NCBI GenBank assembly: GCA_031362565.1
Contig: JANLSU010000101.1
Location: 1 to 64,000, forward strand
Length of the DNA stretch: 64,000 nt
Direction: 5' to 3'
Source of the DNA: a bacterium
GTDB lineage: Bacteria; Krumholzibacteriota; Krumholzibacteriia; G020349025
Part shown: positions 38,952 to 48,270 of the stretch, piece after piece
How positions within the stretch are numbered: position 1 is the first letter of the stretch
How the letters are laid out: each line of letters begins with the position of its first letter
The notes under the pieces: model-generated
The model's input: the letters and a program-made list of their open reading frames with translations, nothing else
The model's database searches: none
Told to the model about the DNA's origin: nothing
Program-made: the position numbers and the translations under genes

Positions 38952-40283
38952 CTAAACCGCCCCGTCCTGACGCGCGACGTCAGAACGGGCCGGGGGTGTC
39001 GTACCCGCGTCCACAGAACGCAGGCCGAGTCCTTCGTGGAATAAAGCCAGCAGACGGCGCGTGTTGCGCGCGACGTCGAATTCCGCCTCCACTTTGCGCC
39101 GGCCCTCCTGGGCGTACCGGCGCCGGAGCGCCGGGTCGCGCAGCAGGGTTTCCATTGCGTCCGCCAGCGGCTGCGGGGCCCGCGGCGGCACCAACATGCC
39201 GTTTGTCCCATGCTCGACGAGTTCCGGCACCCCGGAAACGTCGGTCGAAACCACCGGCAGTTCCATGGCCATCGCCTCGACCAATACATTCGGCAATCCG
39301 TCGCGGTCGCCGTTGTCGAGCACCTGGCACGGCAGCGCGAACAGCGTCGCGTTACGATAGATCTCGATGAGCTCGTCTTGCAGAACGGCACCCGGGAAGG
39401 TGACCTGTTCCTGCAGATCGAGCGAGTGAACCAATTCCTCGAGCCCGGCGCGCTGCGGGCCCTCGCCGTAGATCGTGCACCGCAGCTTGACGCCGCGGTC
39501 ACGCAGCAGGGCGCAGGCCCGGATCAGGGTGTCGAAGCCCTTCTTTTCGACCAAGCGTCCGACCGACACGATGACCGGCACCCGGTGGCCTTCCGAACGG
39601 GCCGCGATCGGCACGATGTGATCGCGGTCGCCGCGCGTGAAACGCGCCACTTCCAAACCGTGGTAGATGCGATGGATCGGCGCCAGGCCGCCGCCGACCT
39701 CGTGCAAGTATTTTTCGTTGGCACCCGTACACGTGACCACGAACGACGCTTCGCGCATTTTGTCGCGCAAGATCTCGCGCTCGGTCAGGTACAGATCCTT
39801 GGCGTGGGCCGTGAAGCTGAACGGCGTGCCGGACAGCCACTTCACGAACATCGCCACGGTAGCCGGGCCATGACAGAAGTGCGCATGAAAATGGCGGACG
39901 GTGGTGCCACGCAGCGTCCAACCGACCAACCAGCCCGCCTGCATGAAGCGCCGCAAGGTGGACGTGCTGCGCTGGCGCAGGCAACGCGACAGCGTGTAGC
40001 GGAGCGCGCGCAGATACGGCCTCGGGCGCCGCGCGAAGAGTGCCAAGTGCACCGGCAGCATCAACGGCAAAGCGAGAACGATGCGCTCCGGCAGATACCG
40101 CACCGGGGCGCGGACGTTGTCGACATTCGCCTGGCGCGCGCCGCCTTCCGGGCGCTTGAGCGGGAAAATGCGGATCTCCAGCCCGAGCCGTTCCAGCTCC
40201 AGGATCTCGTTCGTCACGAAGGTCTCGGAGATGCGCGGGAAGCCCTTCGGCAGGTATCCCACGATCAAATCGTTGCGTCTCAT
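38952..40283 (-). CDS. Glycosyltransferase family 4 (WcaL-like)
   Basis: GFPRISETFVTNE, HAHF, FTAHAKDLY, GRLVEKKG and DRDGLPNVLVEAMA motifs. Confidence 0.94.
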   Translation of the reverse strand: MRRNDLIVGYLPKGFPRISETFVTNEILELERLGLEIRIFPLKRPEGGARQANVDNVRAPVRYLPERIVLALPLMLPVHLALFARRPRPYLRALRYTLSRCLRQRSTSTLRRFMQAGWLVGWTLRGTTVRHFHAHFCHGPATVAMFVKWLSGTPFSFTAHAKDLYLTEREILRDKMREASFVVTCTGANEKYLHEVGGGLAPIHRIYHGLEVARFTRGDRDHIVPIAARSEGHRVPVIVSVGRLVEKKGFDTLIRACALLRDRGVKLRCTIYGEGPQRAGLEELVHSLDLQEQVTFPGAVLQDELIEIYRNATLFALPCQVLDNGDRDGLPNVLVEAMAMELPVVSTDVSGVPELVEHGTNGMLVPPRAPQPLADAMETLLRDPALRRRYAQEGRRKVEAEFDVARNTRRLLALFHEGLGLRSVDAGTTPPARSDVARQDGAV

Positions 40284-41524
40284 CGCATCGACCTTGCCCG
40301 TACTTCGTCGGCCACGTAACGGCTGACGCGCGGCAACCCATCCGAGTCCAGCACTTGCCAAGCCTCCGGATGCGGTACAGCCGAGGGCTCGAACAAGATG
40401 CGTTCGATCGTGGCGGATAGATGCTCGGGTGTGAGTTGTTCGGGATGGATCATGTCCACGAGCCCGAGTGCTTCCATGCGTACGGTGCGAATCCACTGCT
40501 CGGTCACGGGCTGGACACGCGGCACGATGATCGCTCGTTTATTGAGGGTGAGGATCTCGCACACAGAGTTGTATCCGCCCATCGAGACGACCAGATCCGA
40601 GGCGTTCATGTAGTTCAAGAGTTCGGTCGAAAAATCGACGATCTTGGCGATCCCTGGCGTCGTGCTGGCCTTGAGCAGCAGGCGTTCTTTTTTGTAGAGC
40701 GGCATTTCCGGGCCCAGCACGAGCACACTTTGCACCTGGCGCTCCGGATCTCCCGACGCCCGCTTCGCCATGTAGCGCAGCCCCTTGAGATACGCTTTCA
40801 TCAGATCGTAGCCGTCGCCGCCACCGCCTGCAGTGACCAGGACGAAACGGCCGGCGCCGATTCCCAGCTCGCGGCGCACTTCGTCGCGGTCGCGCAGCGC
40901 CGGGCTATGCATGATGTAGCCGCAATAGTTCATCTTCTTGGCGACGCTTTCCGGGAAATTGTATTCGGCCACCATGTCGTAGACCTTGGGGGACCCGAAC
41001 ACCCAGATCGAATCGTAGAACTTCTCGAGCGTCTCGTAGAAGTTGCGCTGCTCCCAGAGTTTGCGCACGTGCTCCGGATCGTCCAGAATGTCGCGCAAGC
41101 ACAGCACGACCTTCGAGGTCGGCTGCACCGTCTTGAGCCACTCGATGCTGCGCAGGAGTTCACCCTTGATCCCCGTCGGGACCTTGTCCACGAGCACGAT
41201 GTGCGGCCGGAAGCCGCGGAACGTGGCATGGATGAGCTGCTCGCGCATCTCACTGATCTCGCGGAACGACGTCCGCAGGTATTTCGAAACGTACTTGTTG
41301 CGCGCCTGCCGGTGCACGCACGGCAACTTGACGTAGTCCATCTTGGGCGACAGCCGGAAAGAATGCGCCATCGATGAGCCGGTCAACAGCAGGATCGACA
41401 GATCGGGGATTTCTTTCGCGAGCTGGTCGCAAATCTTCAGGGTGCGACGCAGATTACCGAGCCCGAAGGCGTCGTGGGAGTAAACCAACAATCGCGTGGT
41501 GCGGCGAGGAGTCGAGACAGCCAT
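40280..41524 (-). CDS. Predicted glycosyltransferase (COG4671/GT28-C-like)
   Basis: YSHDAFGLGNLRR, LRDILD, TAGGGGDG, SMGGYNS and PRV...EQ..R motifs. Confidence 0.9.
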   Translation of the reverse strand: MAVSTPRRTTRLLVYSHDAFGLGNLRRTLKICDQLAKEIPDLSILLLTGSSMAHSFRLSPKMDYVKLPCVHRQARNKYVSKYLRTSFREISEMREQLIHATFRGFRPHIVLVDKVPTGIKGELLRSIEWLKTVQPTSKVVLCLRDILDDPEHVRKLWEQRNFYETLEKFYDSIWVFGSPKVYDMVAEYNFPESVAKKMNYCGYIMHSPALRDRDEVRRELGIGAGRFVLVTAGGGGDGYDLMKAYLKGLRYMAKRASGDPERQVQSVLVLGPEMPLYKKERLLLKASTTPGIAKIVDFSTELLNYMNASDLVVSMGGYNSVCEILTLNKRAIIVPRVQPVTEQWIRTVRMEALGLVDMIHPEQLTPEHLSATIERILFEPSAVPHPEAWQVLDSDGLPRVSRYVADEVRARSMR

Positions 41525-41846
41525 GAACGACCTCGGATCCTTCCAAGTTATCCGCCGGCTTAGGCATGCCGCAGCCAACGACCTCCCCAAAGGCTCGATG
41601 ACAGAGCCGAACGGAGGGTCACGAATATGGCGGCATCGCCTGACAGAGCGGACGAGCGGAACGAAATCCATTTTCGAGTCGAGCCCGATCGTCCTTCGAC
41701 GCGCGCAGATTCTCTTGGCTGGGGTGTAACGGGTGCTCGATCCGACGGGCACACGTTCGTGAGAATCTGTGGGAAATTCACTGCGTAACCGCGCGTCGCG
41801 GTGGTTCCAGATCCAACTCATGGTTGAAAACCAGTTCCGAGGTCCA

Positions 41847-41875
41847 AGTATATCCGGCGTGTAACAAGAAGTCAA
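41847..41875 (-). promoter_or_regulatory. Sigma70-like promoter of the GT/ABC/kinase operon
   Basis: TTGACT-N17-TATACT on the minus strand, with TGTTACA in the spacer. Confidence 0.65.
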
Positions 41876-41993
41876 CGAAACCGCATCATGAACGTCGCAA
41901 ACGAGCCGCATTTGGGTGAAAATCCGCAGTAATCACCCCGCGACGCGAAGTGTGATACAGTGCGTCGTCCACTTTCGAAGGGAAATGGTCCAC

Positions 41994-42161
41994 ATGGCGA
42001 ATTCGAAAACTCACGCAGTCGCAGCCAAACACCGCCGCGCTCAGAGCAGTGCAAAGGAAAAGCTCCGATTGCACCTGGCAGGAAAGCTCGATGCCGAGAA
42101 ATTGCCGAGCCTTGCGAAGCGTTACCTGGCGCGCCACTCGCGGATGACCAAGCGCGGCTAG
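41994..42161 (+). CDS. Small basic hypothetical protein (55 aa)
   Basis: GAAGGGAA upstream; fills an otherwise empty intergenic gap; Lys/Arg-rich and helical-looking. Confidence 0.5.
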   Translation: MANSKTHAVAAKHRRAQSSAKEKLRLHLAGKLDAEKLPSLAKRYLARHSRMTKRG

Positions 42162-42216
42162 GTCCGGACAAAGTGTCACAGCCTGGTCATGCGCCCACCC
42201 GGAACCGGGCGCCGGG

Positions 42217-44421
42217 TCAGGGATGCAGCGGGTGAATGGGGCGCGGTTCGAGCCGCTGATCGACGGTCCGCATCTTGCAGCGAACTTGCATTTCCCCGAG
42301 GTGGGCGAGCGCGTCCCGATTCGCCGGTTGGCGCTCGAGCACCGCGATGAAGGCGCCGGCTGCCTGGTTGTAACACTCGGCTTCGAAATGCGCCCGGCCG
42401 AGGTCGAGAGCCGCCGCCACATCGACCTCTTGAACGCCGCGGGCGATCGCGCCTTCGGTCACTGCCAACCGGCGGCATAATGCGATCTCGTCCGCGTAAC
42501 TCATTCTAGAGTCCGCTTGGTCCAGCACGCGGACCGCGTCGCCGTAGCGTCCGGCCTGCGCCAAGCCGACGCCGTAGGCGCGCCGCGCTTCGGGATCGCC
42601 GGGCCCAAGAGCGAGGGCCCGCTCCAGGTTCGCGAGCGCCGCTCCGAGTTCGTGCCGCTCGCCGTGCCACACCCCGAGCCCAAGGAGTGCCGCGCCCTCC
42701 GCGGCCGAGTCCCGCGCCGCGGCCACCGCGGCCTGCAAACCACCCCACTCGGCGAGAGCCCCAAGCTCCGGGTCGCCCGGCGCCCGTGCCAACCCGCGGC
42801 GGATCCACGGTTCGGCCCGGCGCCACTCGCCGGCCGTGAGGGCGCTCCGCGCCACACGCCCGGCGACTCCGACGAGATCGGTGCCCGCCGCCTGCTCGAG
42901 GACCGCCTCGGCGTTGGATTCGTCCCCGGCCGCGTACAAGATTGCCGCATAGGCAACCTGCGCCGCCGTGTCCCGCGGCCGCGATTGCGCCGCCCGTTCG
43001 TAACTGCTGCGATCCAGGTCGTAAAGACGCCAGGACCACCCGGCGAAACCCTGCGGCTGCAGCTCGCGCAACCATTCGTACGGGCGCTCGGACCGCCGCT
43101 GGAGGTTGTGGAGAGCGTTGGATTCCACTGCCAAGCGGCCGAGGCGCGGCACCGCGGGGTCCGGGTTCACGAGCCACGTTTCGCCGCGGGCGGTGGCGGC
43201 GGCGAGGCAAGCCGCGAGGCGACGGTCATCCTGGCCCCAGGCCAGGTTCGAGTCGAGCAACCAGCGATGTCCGGCCGCGGGCCCGCCCGCGAGCGGTGTG
43301 AAGTAGGCGAAGAACTGCGGCACCGAGCGGCCCCAATCCGCCAGACCCACGGCTAAGGCGACGATCAGCCCGATGCGCGCCACGCGGCCGCGCCGCCGCA
43401 GATCCTCCGCGCCGAGGCCCGCAAGGACCGCGAATACCGGCAGAACCGGCAGCACGTGGCGCACTCCGACGTTGACGCGCAACAGCGTGAACGCCACGAC
43501 GATGGCGATTGCCGGAACGGCGAGGAGGGCTCGATCGTGCCGGGACACGCGCCGCGCCCGGACCGCGCCCCACGCAGCGAGCCCGAGCAGCACCGGCGAC
43601 GTCTTGAGCAGCAGTGCCGCAACGTAGTACAAGGCGAAGCCGTGCTCCGAACGCCGCCCGGCCAAGTACGCGAACCGCACCTCGTCACGATGCGCCATCT
43701 TGCCCCGCACCGCATCGATGAGCGGCTGCGGCCGGCCGATGTAAACGACGCAGGCCAGCACCAGGGTAGCAACCACTGCAACGCCCAGCGCCTGTGCACC
43801 GCGGCGGCGGGCGGTGCGGTCGCCGCCGAGCGCGGCAACGAGCGCCAAGCTCGGGATGAGCAACACACCGCTGAATTTGATGAGTGCGGCGGCAGCGACC
43901 GCGGACGCGAATCCCGCCGTCCAGCGGCGCCGGGCTGCCGCATCCGGCGCGCCGGTGAGACCTCTCCAACACCAAAGTGCGGCGCACCACGCGGCTGTAA
44001 CCGGCGCGTCGAGAGTCGCCACGTGACCGTGCGCGAGAAGATTCGGTTCGAAGGCCGCAGCACCAAGTGCGACGAGCCCGGCGAACACCCCGCCGAGCGC
44101 CCGGCCCCAGCGCCAAACGAGCAGCACGAGTCCCAGCGCTCCGAGCAGCACGGGGACGCGGCACGGCACGAGCGTGCCCGCATCGTCGGGGAAACGATAG
44201 TCACGGTGCAGCAGACGGAGCGGCAACGTCTCCCACAGTTGACCGAGCGGCGGGTTGTCAAATCCGCCCGCGAACCGGCCGGTTTCCCAATAGAGCCAGC
44301 CGCTCAATAGATGTGGTTGTTCGTCCGCCACGGAGGCGTCACGCACCAGGGCCGTCGCGCCGAGTGTCGCAGCCAGCACGAGGCAGACGCCGGCGAGAAC
44401 CCGTTCGGTGGAAAAACGCAC
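42217..44421 (-). CDS. ArnT/PMT-like (GT-C) membrane glycosyltransferase with C-terminal TPRs
   Basis: ADEQPH, DNPPL, EPNLLAHG..TLD, KFSG, GVRHVLP and DSNLAWGQD motifs; TPR-like tail. Confidence 0.85.
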   Translation of the reverse strand: MRFSTERVLAGVCLVLAATLGATALVRDASVADEQPHLLSGWLYWETGRFAGGFDNPPLGQLWETLPLRLLHRDYRFPDDAGTLVPCRVPVLLGALGLVLLVWRWGRALGGVFAGLVALGAAAFEPNLLAHGHVATLDAPVTAAWCAALWCWRGLTGAPDAAARRRWTAGFASAVAAAALIKFSGVLLIPSLALVAALGGDRTARRRGAQALGVAVVATLVLACVVYIGRPQPLIDAVRGKMAHRDEVRFAYLAGRRSEHGFALYYVAALLLKTSPVLLGLAAWGAVRARRVSRHDRALLAVPAIAIVVAFTLLRVNVGVRHVLPVLPVFAVLAGLGAEDLRRRGRVARIGLIVALAVGLADWGRSVPQFFAYFTPLAGGPAAGHRWLLDSNLAWGQDDRRLAACLAAATARGETWLVNPDPAVPRLGRLAVESNALHNLQRRSERPYEWLRELQPQGFAGWSWRLYDLDRSSYERAAQSRPRDTAAQVAYAAILYAAGDESNAEAVLEQAAGTDLVGVAGRVARSALTAGEWRRAEPWIRRGLARAPGDPELGALAEWGGLQAAVAAARDSAAEGAALLGLGVWHGERHELGAALANLERALALGPGDPEARRAYGVGLAQAGRYGDAVRVLDQADSRMSYADEIALCRRLAVTEGAIARGVQEVDVAAALDLGRAHFEAECYNQAAGAFIAVLERQPANRDALAHLGEMQVRCKMRTVDQRLEPRPIHPLHP

Positions 44422-44425
44422 CCCG

Positions 44426-44854
44426 TCACGAGCCTTCCTGAACCCAGACCGCGCCATCTTCGAAGTGCTCTCTCTTCCACACCGGCAGATCGCGCTTCAC
44501 GGCTTCGATCCCGTAGCGCAGCGCCTCGAATCCCTCGGCACGATGCGGAGTTGAGACGACGATCGCGATACTCGCCGCGCCGATCTCGACGCGCCCGATG
44601 CGATGCACGAGCGCCGCCGTACACTCCGGCCAGCGGACACACATTTCGGTGCCGATCTGGCGCAGGACCCGCTCGGCCATGGATTCATAGGCTTCGTAAT
44701 CAATATGGAGAACGCGCCGGCCGAGTTTTTCATCCCGCACCGTGCCGACGAAGGACAAGATCGCACCCGCCCCGGGCCGGGCAACCAAATCCTGTAACGC
44801 ACCGACGTCGAGGGGTGCCGGGGTGATCGCAACATGGAGGCGCGCGTCGGTCAA
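44426..44854 (-). CDS. moaE: Molybdopterin synthase catalytic subunit
   Basis: GAILSFVGTVR, YEAYESMA, HRIG, PHR and PVWKRE motifs. Confidence 0.95.
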   Translation of the reverse strand: MTDARLHVAITPAPLDVGALQDLVARPGAGAILSFVGTVRDEKLGRRVLHIDYEAYESMAERVLRQIGTEMCVRWPECTAALVHRIGRVEIGAASIAIVVSTPHRAEGFEALRYGIEAVKRDLPVWKREHFEDGAVWVQEGS

Positions 44855-44868
44855 ATGAACCCTCCCCC

Positions 44869-45114
44869 TCAGCCGCCGCTGACGGGCGGCAAGAGCGCCA
44901 AGGTGGCACCCTCGGGCACGCTGACGCTGGTCGCCACGAACTCTTCATTCAGGGCAACGCGCAGCGACGGCACCAGCGATTCAAGTGCCGGATAGCGCGT
45001 CACGAGCGCCACCAGAGCCGACCCCACGGTCGTCCCCGGCTCGATGTCGATTTCCGTGCGCATCGCCCCAATTGCGTCACGAGCGGCGGCGAAGCACAGC
45101 ACTTCGATACGCAT
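44869..45114 (-). CDS. moaD: Molybdopterin synthase sulfur carrier subunit
   Basis: FAAARD...ALNEE...LLPPVSGG; adjacent to moaE. Confidence 0.95.
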   Translation of the reverse strand: MRIEVLCFAAARDAIGAMRTEIDIEPGTTVGSALVALVTRYPALESLVPSLRVALNEEFVATSVSVPEGATLALLPPVSGG

Positions 45115-45276
45115 CGGGCCATCCTAGCATGGTGGCAAGTTCCTTCGAAGTCGCTTGGCCGGACGGCCGTCGCCTTCGTACAATAGAGAGGCAAGGTCCG
45201 AAGGCGCGATCGATGCCGGCGTCCAACCTCGCGGCGGCGTTTCGACGCCGTCACACCGTGCCCACGGAGGACTCGA

Positions 45277-46347
45277 GTGGCGCTAGCGGCGGAATTCGCG
45301 GCCAAGCAAGCGCACGTCGCGGCGTGGCTGGAAGAACGGCGTGCCGACGCGGCATTGCTTTGCGCTCCGGCAACGGTGGCCTGGTTGAGTTGTGGAGGCG
45401 AGTTGAATCTGGGCCCCGGCGCGGCGGGCTACGTCGTGACCGCCGAGCGCTCCTATTTGCTCTGCCCCGCCGAAGATGTCGACCGCACGCGCCAGGAAGA
45501 AGTGCGCGGGTTGCCGGTGGATGTCGTCGCCGTTCTGTCCCTTTCCATCGATGCGCTGGTCGATCGGGCCCGCGGCTTACTGCCGGAAGCGACACGCTGG
45601 CGAACGGACACGGTGGGTCTCGGTCTCGAACGCGATGCCAGCATCGACAACCTGCGGCGCGTACTGGGCCCCGAAGACGAGGAACGGTTCGTCCGCCTGG
45701 CGCGTGACGCGGCCGCCGCCGTCGAGGAAGTCGCCGCCGAATGCTATCGCGGCGTCGGTGAACGCGACGCCGCCGCGCGCTTGGCCGCCGAATGCGTCCG
45801 CCGCCAGATGACCCCGCGCGAAATCCTCGCCGGCGCCGACGAACGCTTCGAAACCTACGCGCGCCCCTTGCCCAAGGGTGCGACCGCAGAGCGCGTCTTG
45901 ATGTTGGGGCTCGTAGCGACGCGCGGCGGCCTCCATGTCGCGGTCAGCCGCACGCTCTGCTTCACCCGTCCCGAGGAACCGTTCCTGCAACGCTTCGCGA
46001 GCGGACTCGACATCATGGCCCGCCTCCACCACGAAACCCGCTGCGGCGAAACGCTGGGTACAGTCGTGCAGCGCGCCCTGCCGCAGCCGCCCATGCACTT
46101 GGGCAGCCTCGGCGGTACGACCGGCTTCGCCTACCCCGAGCACGAGGCACGCGTCTCGTCGTCCTGGAAGCTCGGTCCACGACAAGGCGTCGTGTGGAGC
46201 GTGGCCTCGGCCGGCATGCGCATCGAAAACACGTCCATCCTCACGCCCACCGGCCTCCAAGTCGCAAGCATGACCGACGGCTGGCCCCGCCGCACCGTTC
46301 GCATCGATCAGACCCCGCACGAACTCCCGGACCTCCTGCTCCTGTAG
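45277..46347 (+). CDS. M24 (Xaa-Pro peptidase) family protein, degenerate
   Basis: Creatinase-N-like start (VAWLSCGG), GLHVAVSRT, IENT; the canonical metal ligands appear to be missing. Confidence 0.7.
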   Translation: MALAAEFAAKQAHVAAWLEERRADAALLCAPATVAWLSCGGELNLGPGAAGYVVTAERSYLLCPAEDVDRTRQEEVRGLPVDVVAVLSLSIDALVDRARGLLPEATRWRTDTVGLGLERDASIDNLRRVLGPEDEERFVRLARDAAAAVEEVAAECYRGVGERDAAARLAAECVRRQMTPREILAGADERFETYARPLPKGATAERVLMLGLVATRGGLHVAVSRTLCFTRPEEPFLQRFASGLDIMARLHHETRCGETLGTVVQRALPQPPMHLGSLGGTTGFAYPEHEARVSSSWKLGPRQGVVWSVASAGMRIENTSILTPTGLQVASMTDGWPRRTVRIDQTPHELPDLLLL

Positions 46348-46537
46348 CCGCCCCATCACCCGCCCGCACTTGGCACCGCGACCCCCAACGCACGAGCGAC
46401 GCCAGGACGGGCGCCTGCAAGAAAACGCCGCGTTGATCGAGACCCGTTCAGCTCTCCCTTACTCGTTTCATTGCAACGAGTATTACCCAATACAGACTCG
46501 TTCTGGAACGGAACTATGCACTTGACGGCGATGAATC

Positions 46538-46837
46538 ATGGACCTAATTGGTCCACAATTCGGCCACGGCGACGAACACGTCAAGCATCGCGACAAGGAA
46601 TACGTGCGCGGCGAAATTCATTCCAACACCATCGAAGGGTTCTTTTCCCTAATGAAACACGGCGTCTACGGCACCTGGCACAGCATCAGCCGCAAACAAC
46701 TGTTCCTCTACGTCGCTGGACCGGCGTGCGAATTCCGGTACAACCACGGAAGGAAGGGTGACGGAGCGCGCACGCTGCCTGCTATGCGCCAGGCGGACGG
46801 GATGCGGCTCAAGTACCGGCAGCAGACGGGGTGCTAG
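46538..46837 (+). pseudogene. IS1595-family transposase C-terminal remnant
   Basis: VKHRDKEYVRGEIHSNTIEGFFSLMKHGVYGTWHSISRKQL.LYV..EFRYN matches the DDE_Tnp_IS1595 C-terminus; the N-terminal part is absent. Confidence 0.88.
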
Positions 46838-47249
46838 CCTTTGGACTTGGCCCGGCGTGAAGAAGCGGAAGGATAAAAGGATTCAAGCCAAAGCGCACGG
46901 CCATGGAATGAATATATTCTCGGAAATAGGGCCACGCATTGAATAGCCCGTTAGTTTTCGCGAACGCCTCGAAGTCAGATTGCTGTACATCAGACGGCAT
47001 TTCGTGAACAACGTAGGTAAGCTCAAATAGGCCTGAAATGTCGATCCTCGGTGGCTCGGTCCTGTCACGCACGCGCGTAAATGCCTGAACCACAAACCGC
47101 CCACTGTCGTCCGGTGGCGAGACTAGCTTGGCGGCGTGGATCATCTGCATCTCAACATCGACTTGAGATTCGGCAAAACTATTTCTCGCGACTGCCTCTA
47201 GCATTTTCACTTGTTCAATTGCGGCAATGGCAGAAACGTTTACGCTCAT
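46809..47249 (-). CDS. SecB-like chaperone of a TAC system
   Basis: FAKTNGLFNAWPYFREYIHSMAVRFGLNPFILP is the SecB-like C-terminal signature; ATGA overlap with the antitoxin gene. Confidence 0.85.
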   Translation of the reverse strand: MSVNVSAIAAIEQVKMLEAVARNSFAESQVDVEMQMIHAAKLVSPPDDSGRFVVQAFTRVRDRTEPPRIDISGLFELTYVVHEMPSDVQQSDFEAFAKTNGLFNAWPYFREYIHSMAVRFGLNPFILPLLHAGPSPKASTPSAAGT

Positions 47250-47638
47250 GCGGCCCTCGCTCCGTCCACTAGCGCGCCAGCGGTTGAGTCGACCGACACG
47301 GTAGTGGATGGCATCAAATTCCATCGAAACTGAATTACGTTTGTTTCGGCTTCGAACCCACCAAGTGGCCTCAGGCTAAAATCTGCCTGCGTGTCCATTG
47401 CTGTGGCGATGTCAGCAATAGTTCGAATCGTTAGGTTTTTGTCTCCCGCCAGGACCTGGCTGATATACCCGCGCGTACGCCCGAGTCTTCCTGCTAGGTC
47501 AGATCGACTGATACCCTTTTCCTCCATCCACCCCCAGATCATGTGGGTGACTTTGAGAATAAGGGCCTCCTGCTGAAATATCTTGGCATTGTCTGGAGAC
47601 TCGTCGATCCACGCCTCAAATTGTGTTTGCTCCGTCAT
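47246..47638 (-). CDS. HigA-like XRE-HTH antitoxin with C-terminal extension
   Basis: ISRSDLAGRLGRTRGYISQVLAGDKNLTIRTIADIA HTH; ~40-aa tail ending ARAA. Confidence 0.88.
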   Translation of the reverse strand: MTEQTQFEAWIDESPDNAKIFQQEALILKVTHMIWGWMEEKGISRSDLAGRLGRTRGYISQVLAGDKNLTIRTIADIATAMDTQADFSLRPLGGFEAETNVIQFRWNLMPSTTVSVDSTAGALVDGARAA

Positions 47639-47991
47639 GCTTGCTCCAAGTTGTCGTACTCGCGCAAAAGTCTGACCGCTTTCTCATACTCTCGGCGCAT
47701 CTTGGTGCCGGTGCTTTTCTTGGCGCCGTGCACAATCACGAATTTTTTCCCTCGGAACCCGCCGAACAAACGGACTGGACCTTTCTTGAATTCAAATAGA
47801 GGGTAACCCTTGAGCTCCCTGAACTGCTCTTTTGGCCAAGGCTTCCTAGCGTCGAAATCGGCCGCGAAAACCCGCATCCGTGAAATAAGGGATTTGCGAT
47901 GTGCCGGCTCAATTTCGTCAAAAAACCTCCTGGCCTCCTGCGCATTTTCGCCCCAAATGACGGAGCCCCAGCGGCCACTCGCGATTATCAT
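47635..47991 (-). CDS. HigB/RelE (Gp49-like) toxin
   Basis: FRELKGYPLFEFKKGPVRLFG...IVHGAKK pattern; basic protein; toxin-first order with ATGA overlap. Confidence 0.85.
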   Translation of the reverse strand: MIIASGRWGSVIWGENAQEARRFFDEIEPAHRKSLISRMRVFAADFDARKPWPKEQFRELKGYPLFEFKKGPVRLFGGFRGKKFVIVHGAKKSTGTKMRREYEKAVRLLREYDNLEQA

Positions 47992-48010
47992 GCGGGCGCT
48001 CCTTGTTTAG

Positions 48011-48031
48011 TTATGCATAAACTGGTGTCAA
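48011..48031 (-). promoter_or_regulatory. TAC operon promoter/operator
   Basis: Perfect TTGACA (minus strand, 48026-48031) followed by the palindrome TTATGCATAA (48011-48020), then an AAGGAG RBS. Confidence 0.55.
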
Positions 48032-48111
48032 AGCGCAATGGCACGGGCACCGCATGGGCAGGTTGTAATTTCCCCGTCATTTTGGCGCCTGGAGAACCAC
48101 CAAGGGGAGCC

Positions 48112-48270
48112 ATGGGCCGCAGGAAGCCAGGGCCAAAGCCGAAGGGCAATTGGCTGCCGACCGTTGGGAAGTCGCTCAGGAAGAAGCCGCCAGAGGGCGG
48201 ATGGGGGGCCGAGGACCCCGAGCGCGCCAGAAAGCAGAAGAAACCGAACAAGGGAACCTCCGAAAGCTAG
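48112..48270 (+). CDS. Small basic hypothetical protein
   Basis: AAGGGGAG RBS; KPGPKP..GNW...V.KSL.KKPPEGGW. Confidence 0.4.
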   Translation: MGRRKPGPKPKGNWLPTVGKSLRKKPPEGGWGAEDPERARKQKKPNKGTSES

